Assembly (NCBI GenBank): GCA_001643675.2
Contig: LSRY02000010.1
Coordinates: forward strand, 1,488,001-1,552,000
Length of the DNA stretch: 64,000 bases
Direction of reading: 5' to 3'
DNA from: Monocercomonoides exilis PA203
Lineage: Eukaryota > Protista > Preaxostyla
Shown: piece by piece, positions 35,801 through 48,316 of the stretch
Numbering within the stretch: position 1 is the stretch's first letter
How the letters are laid out: each line of letters starts with the position of its first letter
The notes under the pieces: model-generated
Seen by the model: the letters and a program-made list of their open reading frames with translations, nothing else
The model's database searches: none
What the model was told of the DNA's origin: nothing
Made by a program: the position numbers and the translations under genes

Positions 35801-36624
35801 AAGAGGAAATCACACATTTTTGTGTAATTGTTTCCATTGTTCACAAGAATGGAGACAAAGAAAAGCACATTTTCAACTTCTTCTCAAACGCTCTATCTCA
35901 CGACTACCGTTTCACCATTGAATGTCTGAAGCAAGTTTTGGAAAATGAATTCGTTTAAGATAAGCAAACTCTTCATTTTGCATGTGATACAGGGCCACAC
36001 TTTCGAAATTCCCAGCTTATGCATTTTCTCCTTTCTGACAACTCTTCTCCCGTCAAAGGCAAACGAACAACTCTTTCCTTTTTCTGTGAAAAACATGGAA
36101 AAAGTGAATGTGACGGAGAATTCGGGAATCTGACAAACTGTGTAAAAAATAACTTGCCCAATGGACCTTCACTTAATTATATTGATGAACTTATTAAATT
36201 TCTGAAAGACCATACAGATGACTCATATGATTCCCTCCATAACAACTCGGATAATTATCAAAAGACAACGCGATATTTTGTCAAGTGTGATACAATTATG
36301 TAAATTTTGTTTTTATTTTCTTCATTTCTTTATTAACTCAGACACTCTTCTGGAAATAAAATACTATGGAGGAAAATTGAAGCGAAGTCCATAAAGACGT
36401 ATTTGTTCTATGAGAAACGAGGTCATCAAATTTTCAGATCTGTGTGTTCACCACAAGATTCCCGAGGAAAAGAGTTAATGAACTTCCTTGAAAAAAGCAT
36501 AAGAGATGAAAGGATGATAAAATCCTCTAAAAAATATTCTCGCAAAACAGAAATGTTTGAAATAGGGAATGCTACAAGAAAATTATTAAATGATAGGGAA
36601 AAATTGGATGCAATTTGTTTTTAA
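32884..36624 (+). pseudogene. Sola2-like DDD transposase with embedded USP (peptidase C19) domain; three in-frame stops; 5' end uncertain (~32590)
   Basis: One frame 33325-36284 with stops only at 34078, 35437 and 35956. Transposase motifs RRTDLCNLC, LFDFKENW, SNALSHD, ACDTGPHFRN, FFCEKHGKSECDG. Phase-compatible introns at 33131-33212 and 36285-36341. Confidence 0.78.
33832..34740 (+). other. Ubiquitin-specific protease catalytic domain
   Basis: Cys box LPYMGNTCYLAAMLQVF (Cys 33856); GE*QECYE (QQD box); CCECG and CIRCQ finger pairs; FPHILTITL; His box YRLIADLFYRGSKDCGHFYAMCR (His 34564); WYICNDGEI; FMIVY. Confidence 0.88.
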
Positions 36625-36784
36625 AGTTCTGGTCTTTTTGATGAGTAATTTTGTTTTTGTTGAATTTTATATTGAAACGAATGACGTTTTTTGATTCGTC
36701 TGCTGCTCAAGCCATTAAGTATTTGCTTCCAACAAATGCTTTCTGGTACCTCAATTTTCGCTCTTGAGCGAAATAAATGGGGCT

Positions 36785-36867
36785 AGGCTGAATCCGTCCT
36801 GGGACTGTGCTGTGACCGGTCCAGCACAGTCCCTTGAAGGCTTTGGGTCCAGAATCAGCCTCCCAGG
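36785..36867. other. GC-rich structured island downstream of the transposase
   Basis: Perfect 12-bp stem GGGACTGTGCTG (36801-36812)/CAGCACAGTCCC (36822-36833); outer pairings AGGCTGA/TCAGCCT and CCTGGGA/TCCCAGG. Confidence 0.7.
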
Positions 36868-38282
36868 GTAGACAATCATTTAATAAATTTGTTTCAATAT
36901 TGAAATTCTTTTTTTCATTTGTTTTATTTTTTTCTGTTTTTCAAATGTCGGCATTTGATGTTTTATTTTTATGTATCACATTGCTTTCTATTAAAATTAA
37001 TCATTTTTCAATGAACTTTTGTTTAGTGAAAAGATCAAGAAATGTATTATGTTAATATTGAATTATAATTCACAAGTTTTCCACACATTTTCAGAGAAAA
37101 TTGGATTAGTAATTTAAAGTGCGTAGAAAAAAAACCAGAACTCTCGTTGATTTAGCTTTGAATAAACGATAATATTTGTATAAACTGAAAATGAGAAGCA
37201 AATCATTGTATGATTTATCTATTGACATTGATCAAAAAGCTTATTCATAAAGTTTGTTTTCATTTCAACAATGAAATATTCTGTTTAAAAAAATCAATTG
37301 TGAATGATTTATAAATGCAACTGTTGCTTTTGAACAATTTGCTGTAACGCTTTCTTTTCAGAAAATTAAAATGCCTGCGAAGCGTTTTTGAAGCACGGAA
37401 AAACGCTAACAAAGATTCATAAATATTGCCTGAATGATGAATTGCACTTCAATATAGACCAAAATATTTTTTGGAATTCACTTTTTGTTGCAATGAAGAT
37501 TTTGAATGCAGAGATAAATAGTTTGTTAATAAGGAAATAAGTGAAAATGAACGAAGAAAGGAACGAAGAAAAAAGAATCCGAAAAAAAGAACAGAATTCA
37601 GAGAGCGAAGGAAAGTCCAAAGATGAGCATCCAATTGAAAACATGGCTTTTGAATATTATGTTCAAATCACAGAAAAATCAACGAAAATCTAATAACGAA
37701 GTTTGTTATTAACATCATATAGCTTCGATTTATCATGAAGCTGATTAAGCTTTATTCATCCTTCTTTCGTTTTTTTGTTTGAGAGCATTTACTCAAATAT
37801 TCATTAATAGATTTTATTTTCTTTTTCCTTCTTTGTATATATGTGATCTGAATTACTTTTTTTGATGATAAGAATAAATGTTATTTATATGTTTATATTT
37901 TCAAGGAAAGTTACTTTATTCCCGTTTTGTGAGTGATAGTGTTCAACTTCTTTGTAAAGTTCACTAATGACAACTTCAATAATGAAATTTAATGCCTTCT
38001 TCTTCTTTATCTGATCAAACTTTAGTTGTATTCTCAAATAATCTGGTTTCTTCTTCTTCTCTTCCTTCTCCTTTTTCTTCTCCTCCTCCTCTTCTCCTCC
38101 TCCTCTTCTCATCCTCCTATATTTTCCTCCTCCTCTTCATTCCAAAGAAGAAAATAATCTAATGTTACAGCATCAGCGATACGATAACGGTGCAGGCGTC
38201 AATCCTTTTTCGTCAAGATTTTCAAATTTTCTCTGTCAGATTGTCAGGAAAGACATTCACAGAGATCGACAACGTGAGATGA

Positions 38283-39425
38283 GTGCAATACGATTTGAGA
38301 AATTGCTCAGGAGAAATAATGAATGAGAAAGAAAGAGAAAAAGAAAAGAAGAAGTCCTCAGAAATCGAGCTGCAACACCTCGAGGCAGTGAATGAGATGA
38401 GGGCACTGCGATCGGTGCAAAGCGAACGGAAAAAAGGCAGAAGGAGAGAAGACGACAAGACAATCGAAGTGGCTTCGTTGAAGCAAACATAACAAGAAGT
38501 GGAAAAAAAGAATCTTGTTGACTAACTGTGGCTGTAGGAGGATGATGGAGAGGAGAAGCTGAAGACCGAAAAGCAGCAGATGCATGAGAAGAAGGAGATT
38601 GATACGAACCTGAAGCATTATATGAAAAAACCTATGTTTGTGCACAATATTTTTACACTGACCAAGGCGAAACTTACGTTGCATTTGACTCACTTGTTGT
38701 CAATGTTGTCGCTAACGATGATATTCTGGGAGGAAAAGCGTTGTGAGAAGCATATGAAAAAGCTGGCATGGAACAACAAAGAAAAGAGGAGAATGATGAT
38801 TGAGGAGCACAAACGAGAGATTATGCAGAGAGAGAAGGAGGAGAAAGCAAAGAACGCAGAAAAGCCAAACACTTCAAAAATTATTATCACAGCTCATCCT
38901 TTTGCATATGTGTCTCAGAAGTCACAAACGGTGAAAGCAGCCCAAAAGACATATAAGTGAACACCGTTTCTCATCCAACCTCGCTTCCATCCACTTTTTC
39001 AATTTTCAATATCATCAATGAGCAGCCAAGGCAACCTCTTTCCTTAAAAGTGAAAGAACCAGTTTGGTCAACAAAATTCAACTTGTCAACTTTCAAGAGA
39101 TAATCTCCCACGTGGACGAGCTTGTGTCCGTATGAAGCAGTACCTGATACTATTCTATAAAATTTGTGGAACAGGAGATGGCAAAGTGGACTGGAGAGTT
39201 ATTAAAAGTGACAAGGAAGTTGAAGAGGTTCAGGAAAGAGCAGACAGAAAAGGAAAAGGAAAAACTTCATGCGGAGCAGAGGAAGCTGAATGAAGGAGAA
39301 AAGACAGGCGAAAAGATGACTGCGAAGTTGAATTAGAAATCGGAGTTAAGGAGACGCATAGAAGAGAAAAAGAGGATTTTGAAGAAGGAGAACGAGTAGA
39401 GCAAAGGGTTTGTTCAGAACGATAA
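38283..39425 (+). pseudogene. Decayed charged coiled-coil gene fragment (cargo)
   Basis: Glu/Lys/Arg-rich short ORFs separated by stops; no recognisable domain. Confidence 0.35.
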
Positions 39426-41311
39426 GCTGCCACAGTTTGTGAGCTCCCCGAACAGTAAAACTTCTCAGGCATATCCAATATCTTCTTCTTCTCCTTTTTC
39501 TTCTGCTGATGCTTCAAATTTGAGTTCATCAAAAACAAACATCTTCAAAAGTTTTCTGTAAATTTAATTGACTTTACAGTTTTTACGTATTTCTCATTAT
39601 GACTGGATTTCAAAGGAGATGTGGCAAAGACAGACGAACAGAAATGTGAAATATGCGTGATTGGTTATATTAGTATTTTTTTTTGGAGTTGTTTAGTATA
39701 ATCTTCGAAACTTTTTATTTTATATATATGTACTGAAGGATCAGAATATATTTTTTTTTCTAATTAGCAATTTTGTGCTTTCATGAAACAACTTAAATAT
39801 TTGTTGTTTTCACTTTTCTTCTTCTTCTTCATCTTTCTCATCCATGAACTTTTTTGATTCCTTTCAGAATATGCAATTTCCCTATCTCATCTCCTGCGTG
39901 ACATCTCAGCTATTCAAGCCGCTCTCATCGCGCAAATTCGCTTCCTCTGCCCTTCCAACGAAGATACAATTTCACTTCCTTCTTTTCTCCAAAAATAGAA
40001 AACAATAAAATTTTCAGCAAACACTTCTTGTCCTTCTGCCTCCAGAACTATTCATTTTCCAGGTGCAGATGAGCACACCACATGCACCACTTCCTTCTGT
40101 AATGATTCATGGAAACCATTGAAGAAGGGATGAAAGAGAGGCAGGGAGAGAAAGTGAGGAAGAAGAAATGAGGCTTGAACTGCCGTCTTGCCAGGATCTG
40201 CATTCAATATCATCGTTATTGATGCTTCTGGAGGTGCATCAAGGAAATTTTGTGGAGAGGTTGGAAAAGAGAGAGAGAAAGAGAAAACAGAAAAACAAAA
40301 GGAAGAGAAGAGGAAGAGAGAAGAGAGAAGAGCAAAAAGATAAGGAATTTTAGGAAATAGCCCATATGATGGAAAAGAAAAAGATTAGCAAGGAAAGCCA
40401 GAAGAGAAACATGAAAAAGAAGCGAAAGACTGAAAAGAAGAGAAGGCCAAAGAAGGCACTGAAGAAAAGAAGGAGAAGAAAAAAAGAGGGAGTGAGAGAT
40501 AAAAGAAAAGAAAAAGAAATGCAATCCGAAGGAGAACTTTTTTTTCTGTTTATGGAGTTAAATTATCTCAAAATGTCTCGCTTTGAAAAGAACTGTTTGC
40601 AATTAATTTATTAGATAAATTGAGTGTCAAATTCAACATTGTTACAATTTTTCTTTTGGACTTAGAAACACAGACAGATTATATTTTTTAAAAAAACATG
40701 ATTAACATTTTTAAACTGCGAATCAATAATTTCTGTGAAGAATAAAATGCCAGTTTTAAAGATAAGAAAAAATGAAAACGAGAAATATATGGAATTCAAT
40801 GAAACTTTAACAACAACAATAACATTCGGTTAAATGAGAGAATTATAAGATTTTAAACAACTGACACTCAATTTATTGCAAAGTTTGATACAATAATGGA
40901 TAGTGTTGCTGCATATTTGAAACAAACAATAAAGTGATTTTGTTTTTCATATTTGTTCACGATTATACAAAACAGTAACATTTGACAAAAATTTTCCAAA
41001 TTGAAATGATTGCATTCTATTGGATAGCACAACATCATCATAATAGATCATAAACATTCATGTAGTATGTTCGAACCGAAAAAGTTGTTTTTCATCAAAA
41101 AAGACAAATATCAAACAAGTTACGTTTTTTATAATGGTCATCAAATAATAATCATTAAAAAAACTATTTGTTTTTGTAATTGTTGACTTGAAAGTTGATG
41201 ATTGATATTATTTATGATGCCTGAAAGCATTTTTGATGTTTGAAAACTGTTTTTTCATAATCTTAAACTTGCACCGAAAAAAAGTCTGATCCCAAAAATA
41301 ATTACCCATAT

Positions 41312-41735
41312 ATTATCCGGAATGCAGCAAATATTGGCTAGACCTTTCCCAGAAACCTTCTCCCCTCAGTTGTCCCTCAACCCAATGCAAATGTTCCAAC
41401 AGTCACTAATCCCTCAGCCTTCAAGATCCATATCATCAGAAATGAGAGGTCCCTTGGAGTTTATCCCACAAACGCCTTTGGCAAGCCAGCCTGGTGTAGC
41501 GCCCAGCATAACACTTAACACAACTGTTCAGGCAGACTGTTTGCTCCCAGTATCCCCTTCTCATGCAATCGCCACAACGTCAAATACTCAAAATGAACTG
41601 GCTTCAAATGCAATTGATCAACAGCGAGAGGAAAAGATTGGAAAAATTGAGGCAACGGTGACAATTAGAGAGAGGGAAACAGTAAGATCAAAGGAAATTA
41701 CTTTTATGAGTGATGGAGTAACGAAGCCCAATTAA
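41312..41735 (+). pseudogene. Displaced C-terminal tail of DIRS-A tyrosine recombinase ORF
   Basis: Joining 25014 to 41312 gives FKFNILSGMQQILA..., colinear with copy B FKANLANRMAIALLA.... P/Q/S/T-rich tail ends 3 nt before the ICR. Confidence 0.85.
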
Positions 41736-41738
41736 TGT

Positions 41739-41842
41739 TACTCCCATAACAAGAGGTGTTGTTGATTAACCGGTCGTTCTTTAGAATTAATAGGCTTGAC
41801 CCTTTTAATTCGTTAAGAACAACCTAATTTACAACACCTCTT
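41739..41842. repeat. DIRS-A internal complementary region (ICR)
   Basis: 41739-41809 is complementary to the left terminus; 41809-41842 is complementary to the right terminus 42071-42104 (31/34). Confidence 0.92.
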
Positions 41843-42026
41843 TCCCACCTCAAAGTGAACTTTTCCCACCCTTTTCTCTTTATTATTATTATCATTATTA
41901 TTTTCCCTATCATAAAAGATGATTTTTCATTTTTACCATTAAAACATTCGTTTTTTGCAACGCCTCAGTACTTTTGTTTGTCACACAGCACATTTCTCAT
42001 ATCATCTTGCCTTTTTATTTCATTTC

Positions 42027-42106
42027 TTTGATCGACTAGCCCCATTATTACAAGGGTCTACTCCCATAACAAGAGGTTTTGTAGATTAGGTTGTTCTTTA
42101 CGAATT
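42027..42106. repeat. DIRS-A right ITR + right extension
   Basis: Inverted copy of 21218-21279 followed by ggttgttctttacga-ATT. Confidence 0.92.
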
Positions 42107-43668
42107 TTGTGAAGACCCATATCATTTGCTTTCATGTTCACAAGAAGAATAATGGTGTTTGATTTGCAAGTCTTTTCACGAATCGGATTTTGCTGTTTTG
42201 ACGCTGGCTGATGCAAAGCCAAATGCGATGCACGAGAAACAAATTGACTTTCGCTGGAGAAGCACAGATGGCATTCAGAGCAATCGGTTTTGGCGATGCA
42301 TCCAGCAAAAAGAATTGAAAGACGGAAAATGAGAAGTGTCAATTGGAGAAAAGGGACAACAGCCAATATTGTTGAGCATCGGGAAACGCTGAATGCGATG
42401 AAGAGCATGGCTTTGAGCGAGCTTTTTATTCAGCAGAAAATTGGAGAAGACGGCAGAGGACAAAGAGAATGAAAAAGGAAGAAAAGATTGGCTGAGGCTG
42501 ATTATTCCTTCCCGAAGCCAGAATGAATGCGCCAAAGAGTGGAGATTCGCAGAAAGGAAAGCAGAAATAACACAATGAGTCGAGTCTGCGAAGTGTTCTA
42601 ATGAAGCAAGAAGAAGGCGAAGACGCGAACAAACGAGTGGATAAGCCAATATTTCCATCTGAACAACTCGATTTCTGAATGATTGGAGTTGCCTCAATCA
42701 TTCGACCTTTTGATTTTTGTCTCTGTTTTTTTGGATTTCATATTCGCTTGAAGGCAACAAATTGAACTTTCAAATTCTTCGGAAGCCTCAAGATCTGGAA
42801 ACAAAAATACAACGAACTATGGATGACTGTTGTTCCGCACGAAGAGAATATTATATCAACAGGCTTCGGGGCAAAAGAGTCATGAGAAAATGTGATTGAA
42901 GATGAATTGTATTCCGCAAAAGAGGCAATCAAAAGAGAGAAGGAGAGAAAGAGGGAGGTGAAGCGGATTCGCTGGGAAAAGGAGAATTGGCAGGTTGGAT
43001 GCGAATGATTGTGAAGAAAAGGAAGAAGGAGACGCGGGGGAGAAGGAGAAAAGACAGAAGAGAAAGGATGGCAGATGGAGGGAGGGGAATGAGCAAAGAA
43101 GAAACATTTGAGGGTATATTTGCCGAGGAAAGTGGGACCGAGGAAAATGACTTGGATGACGACAAAAAAGGAAACGAAAGAGAAAAAGGGGAGGAGAAGA
43201 GGAAGCAGAGAATGGTGTGGTCCTGAAAGGATTTGAGAATATGGTTTGAACTGGAAAAGGAATCCAGCGTTAAAGAGAGTTTTTTATTTGTTTGTTTGCC
43301 TTTTGTTGTTTTGAGAAAACTTTGCAACTTAGCTGATTTGTTCAAGTTTGCTTTTGATGGATGATTTTGCTCTTTTTTGTGGATTTTTTTTATTTTTTGG
43401 GTTGCGGTGGACAAGAAGGAGCGACGTTATCCTTTGGGAATGAAAAGGCAAGCGAAGCATGTATTTTTGAAGATGCCCAAGCACAAGCTACCAGGAAAGC
43501 ACAATTCCTGTGGGTCAAATGAGCAAGCCAAAGTGAGACGTGACATATGCGCTTCTGTTCAACTCGTCCACTTTTCATGAGGAAAAAACAAAACAAAAAA
43601 AGTGAGTGAGAGAGAGAGAGCCCATAATGAAAAAGAGAGAGGTGAAGAATTGAGAAAATCGGACAGGA

Positions 43669-46354
43669 ATGGGGAAAAGAAGCAGGGATGTGTCTGAGAT
43701 AAAAGTCGGGAAATGCGTCGTGTGTTTGCTTTGCATGTGCATGTGTGCAGCAAGCGAAGAAGGAGTGGCTGTGGAAAAGACGAACGATGAAGAAAACGGA
43801 GAGTTTGGGGGGTTTGAATCGGGGAAGGAGGCAGAAAGCCGTTGCAAGAGAAATGAAAAGATATTTGGATTTTGTGATGAGACAGCAGCAGCCGATGGGA
43901 AGGGAGCTGATGGAGATGAAGAAGACGAGAGAGAACACAAGGCTGAAGAAGGGAAAGAAAGCGAGAAGTTTGGGGACGAAGTTCAAAGTGGAAAGAAAGG
44001 ATCAACGAAGGATGCTTGCTGTCGAAGGGGTGTATGGAAAGTTGAGATGACAGATAAAAGCGAAGTCAGAGGAGTTTTCGTCATGTCTAATTCATCAGGA
44101 GCACTCAGTGATCTGAGGATGGCAGAAGGAGGAAGAAAAAGCATGATCAGAGCAGAAAAAGGGAGTTTTCTTGTTTTGAGGGAGTGTGTGCCGGATTTTT
44201 CGAATCCAGAGCCACAGATTGAGGTTTGCGGGAGCAGTGGAGTTTTGGCAAACATCACTCTAGGAGCAGCAAAAAAGGCACCTTGAACAAATTCCGCCTC
44301 TTTTCGCTTCAAAAGCATGTGGAATGAGCCTTCCGAGTGTTGGAAGTGTTTCCACAGGCTCTTCGTATTTTTCATCTTTTTCTGTTGCAGAAGCCCCATT
44401 TCTGCCTCCACGATTGCTTGCGAGGATTTGTCTGTTTGATGTGATCTTCTTCAACATCTCAACAACACATGATGCATATTCATCTTTGGCCTCTTCCCTT
44501 TGTGAAACAACTTGTGTGATGAGCAGCTGCGCATTCACAGCTGTTTGCGATGTTCATGATGGAGGGGTTGTTCTTTCTCTGAACGACCCCTCGTCTTCGT
44601 TGGCTGCCTCAAACACCTCATTCACTGGGTGCTGTCGGACAAGGAATGTTGCAGTCAATGGAACAGAAGTGGAAAAGAAACAGCCAGGGAGACAAAACAC
44701 AACAGACAATGGAGCAAATTTGTTCAGTTGGTGTGAAGAGAATGAATCGAAGACAACAGGAACAAGTGATTCCATTTCAGACGGAGTATCGAGTGGAAGG
44801 GCTATGTGCATGAACAATCTCGAATCTGGCGCACTTTATGTTTCGCATTGTCTGTTTAATAATTGCTTTGTATTCAATCGTGGAGGCTGAATCATGTGCC
44901 ATACAATCAAATCTGTACATATCGAAAATGACACATTCGTTTCGTGCACAGCACAGACCTGGGCAGGAGGAGGAATGTGCATTTATGTGATTTCATCATG
45001 AGTTCGGATCGGTGGATGTGAATTCCAGAAATGCTCTGCCCAAGGCTGGGGAGGAGGCGTTGATCTCGACAGATTTCATATTTCCGGATCAGGACGTGCC
45101 GAGGCAGAAAATCAAAGAGAGGGAAGTGGGTGTGTGTTTGAATGCTCATTTGCTTGGTGTTCAATTTCGAGTTCATATGGCGGAGGGCTGCACACCCATG
45201 GTGTTCCTGAAGCATTCAAAATGAGTGGGATTCAGTTCATTTCATGCTCTGCAAACTCATATGGAGGTGGAATTGATTTTTATCTCCTTCAGCAAACAGT
45301 GCTGAATTCCAATTTTTATTTTTATTTTTAATTCCTCTTCTTTCACAACTGCCAATGTCCTGCTGACGTGCCATATGGGCATGATGTGTATTTTTCCGAT
45401 GTCAACAAAATGTTCACAAGTTCAAATAATCCGTTCTGTGAATCATTCACAACAAACACAAATGATCAGAGAGTGTGCTTTTATGGGAATGTTCATGAAC
45501 ACACAGGCAAGAAAGGATGGTTGAACGAAGGGATGAAGGATTGGTTTGTGGATGTGAATGGAGACGACTCAAATGAATGGTGCATTACGAGTGAGACAAC
45601 AACATGCAAAACAGTTGGATTTGCAGTTGATATGAGCAGCCAGCAATTGACTTCCATAGTTACAGTTTTGGAGGGGAAACATGAAAGCGAGGTGGAAATA
45701 ATCAACATTGGTGGAAAGAAAATCATGATAATTGGAAAAGGAAGGGAAGAAAGTGTGATTGGAACAAATCTCCTTTCTATCAACTCGACAACACTGTTCA
45801 GTGTGACGAGTGGACAATTGGAGGTGGAGCATGTGGGGATCGATCACAACACTGAAAGAAGTCCATCCCCAAATGTTTTTGTTGTTTCTGATGGAAGTGG
45901 GTCACTTTCACTGGCGGACATACTGATCTCAGGAACAAGAAGAAGAAGTGTAATATCAGCATCTGTGTTTGAAGTGGCACTGAGACAGCTGAAGATGATT
46001 GATGTGGAGGTCAAAAATATGAAAATATCACAGCCTTTGTTTGCTGAGCCATCATCAGCAGAATCAACAGCAGGAGAAAGTTTTCTGAGAAATTTGACAA
46101 TTCGAAGTGTGAATCGGACTGGAGGAGATGGAGTGGTAGTGTCAAAGAGTGTGGGTGCAGGAGAAACCTTTGTGGTGTGGAACATGACAATGGAAGAGTG
46201 TGAGTGTGTGAATAAGGATGGAGGTGGGATAAAGGTTGAGTTGGCAACTTCATCAAGCAAAGTTCGTGTTGGAGGGTCAACATCGCAACGCAGAGTATCA
46301 ACAAAATTCTTCAAAATGAAGTGTGATGGATATGGAGGAGAGGTAATGCAATAA
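43669..46354 (+). pseudogene. Decayed beta-helix surface-protein ectodomain gene
   Basis: SLAASNTSFTGC, YGGGIDF, YGHDVYF, TCKTVGFAV and GGGIKV motifs parallel the N-terminal part of 10344-18662; several stops and frameshifts. Confidence 0.75.
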
Positions 46355-48316
46355 AAGTGCCAGACAATGGAGATTCCATTTGGTGATATTGAAACGGAAC
46401 CTGCTGAAGAGAAGATTAAAGACAGATGAAGGAAGAAAGATTCATTGATGAATGACTTGTTTTTTGAAACTTTTGCAAGGCACTTTTAAAATCAAAAGGC
46501 AAGGGAAAAACCATTTTGATTGAGCTGAAACATGAGTTTGTCTTGAATATTCCTGAAGGGTCAATGCTGTTTTCAATTTCTGATTCAGTCTTTCATATCG
46601 AAAACCAACGCAAAGAAGGAAGCTTCTGCACAAGTGCAACTGATCGATGAGTCAAAAGATGCAAAGGATGGAACTCAGCTTCGTGTTTGCATTCGCCTTT
46701 TCGATAGTTTGCAAACAATGCAAAAAACATGTCCTGGGACCGAATTGAAATTGGTGAAAAACAAAAATTATAAAACATAAACAGAAAGAACGATGATTAG
46801 AAAATATAATTAATGCGACAGCAGCCAAAATCGCAAGCGTTCTCGTTTTCTTTAACCTTTAAATTCGAATGCCGCGCATGAAACTTTCTTCCAAAAAAAA
46901 TACTATCAGCAACATCATCTGCTTCTGAGGAGATTATTGTTTTATTTCGACTTCACTGAAAAGAGGAGAATATTCAAATAGCAATTTTTTAATAAACACT
47001 TTCATATCTCACAAAAGAAACAAAAAGTCCCCATGAAAATATTTCTGATTGAAACTATCCCACAGAAAATCATAAAACAGAACTCTTGATCAAAAGTGTC
47101 TCCATTGGCAATCATTATTCCTTTTGCGCCAATTCTTTTTCCCTTTCAAACAGAAAATTATTTTATTCGACAATTTACAAACGATGGTTGGTTGTTTGTT
47201 GGTTTTTATTTGGAAATCAGCTTTTGGTGAATTTCGCAAAAAACAAATTATGATTTTTCGAAAGAAGACAAGAAACCTAAAACTATCATTTTTTTCAGAT
47301 TGATTTTGAAAAAGTCTTTCAATATAACATGCTAATCAACAGAAGCTATTAGAGAAGCTGACAAGCATCTTCACACCTTTCTTTCTTATCTTGATCAGGT
47401 TGCAACAATTATTTCCTCCAATAAAAACGAATCAGACACTGTGTTGCATAACCAGCAGTTCCAATCATGCATGAAACGTATTGCTTCCAAACAAAAGAGA
47501 TAACCCCATCAAAGTCTTTTTGGAGTTCTTCCAGATTTGGAAACTGATGAGCTCTCTTTCTGTTTTCAATTCAATCTGATTATCAAACATAGGGTTATTA
47601 TTTTATCTTGACCTTTTTTTTTTATCAAGACCTTCTTTTTTAATTAATCATTAACTTCTCTCACAATTTCATATTTTTAATGAATATAAAGCATATATAT
47701 GAATTTTATAGAGAAAATTAAAAACATGTCAAAATTTTTTTGAAAAGTTCCTCAACTTTAATTTTGTCCCACAAAAGATCAAAAATGATCAACATATTTT
47801 GATCATTCCGTTCCCATTTTAGTTTGATAAATGTAATTTGTTGAAATTTATTTAGCTTTTCAAAGAAAAAATAAGATACATATTTGTTGATATCATATGC
47901 ATTTATAACTTTATATTGAAATACACTTAAGTGAGCGATTGCTTTCAGGCTGTTTGTATCATATGAGTTTCATGCTTTTATTTCTTCAGTTTCATTTCAT
48001 CTGTTCGAGTATTCATTCTGAATTTATGGATATTAACTTGGTTTTTGTTATTTTCCTTTGTAAAAGACAAAAAAAGTTTAATTTGCTTGAATAATAGAAT
48101 TTTTTATTAGAAAATTTCAAACATGAAAAATACATCAAATCTACATTCGAAACAATCTAAAGATATTCGAAAATTTGTAAACATTGAGCAATAATGAATG
48201 TTATCATTTAGAAATGCAGCATGAAATGTTATTTTTCAAAATAAATCTTCATTATTACAAACTCAAAAATACAATCTCTTCTCTAATATAGATTCAAATA
48301 GTTTTAATCAAACAAC

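Larger units (their letters stand above)
25015..41307. mobile_element. Giant (16,293 bp) TIR DNA transposon, Sola2-like, with cargo
   Basis: TIR GGGTAtTTtTTTTTGGGATCA (25015-25035) vs reverse complement of 41287-41307 GGGTAaTTaTTTTTGGGATCA (19/21). 4-bp TSD ATAT (25011-25014, 41308-41311). Perfect subterminal inverted 14-mer TTTTTCGGTTCGAA (25067-25080 / 41070-41083). Excision restores the DIRS YR frame. Confidence 0.88.
21177..42106 (+). mobile_element. DIRS1-type retrotransposon copy A (decayed, ~4.6 kb), interrupted by a 16.3-kb insertion
   Basis: Left ITR 21218-21279 and right ITR 42027-42088 (60/62); ICR at 41739-41842; gag/RT-RH-MT/YR remnants. The YR frame rejoins across the insertion. 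Confidence 0.92.

Noticed and set aside
34078-35958. TAA/TAG = Gln recoding (all three stops in the USP-transposase are TAR, one at a Gln position; known in the oxymonad Streblomastix)
   Set aside because: The 2772-aa and 919-aa ORFs contain no internal TAR, the hAT gene ends in TAG, and most Gln codons in this ORF are CAR. Point mutation is simpler.
36801-36871. Helitron 3' end (hairpin + CTRR)
   Set aside because: No CTRR 10-15 nt after the stem and no Rep/helicase remnants seen.
42290-42472. Possible kinase remnant (IVEHRETL...KIGEDG)
   Set aside because: Resemblance to HRD/DFG regions is too weak and no other subdomains are recoverable.
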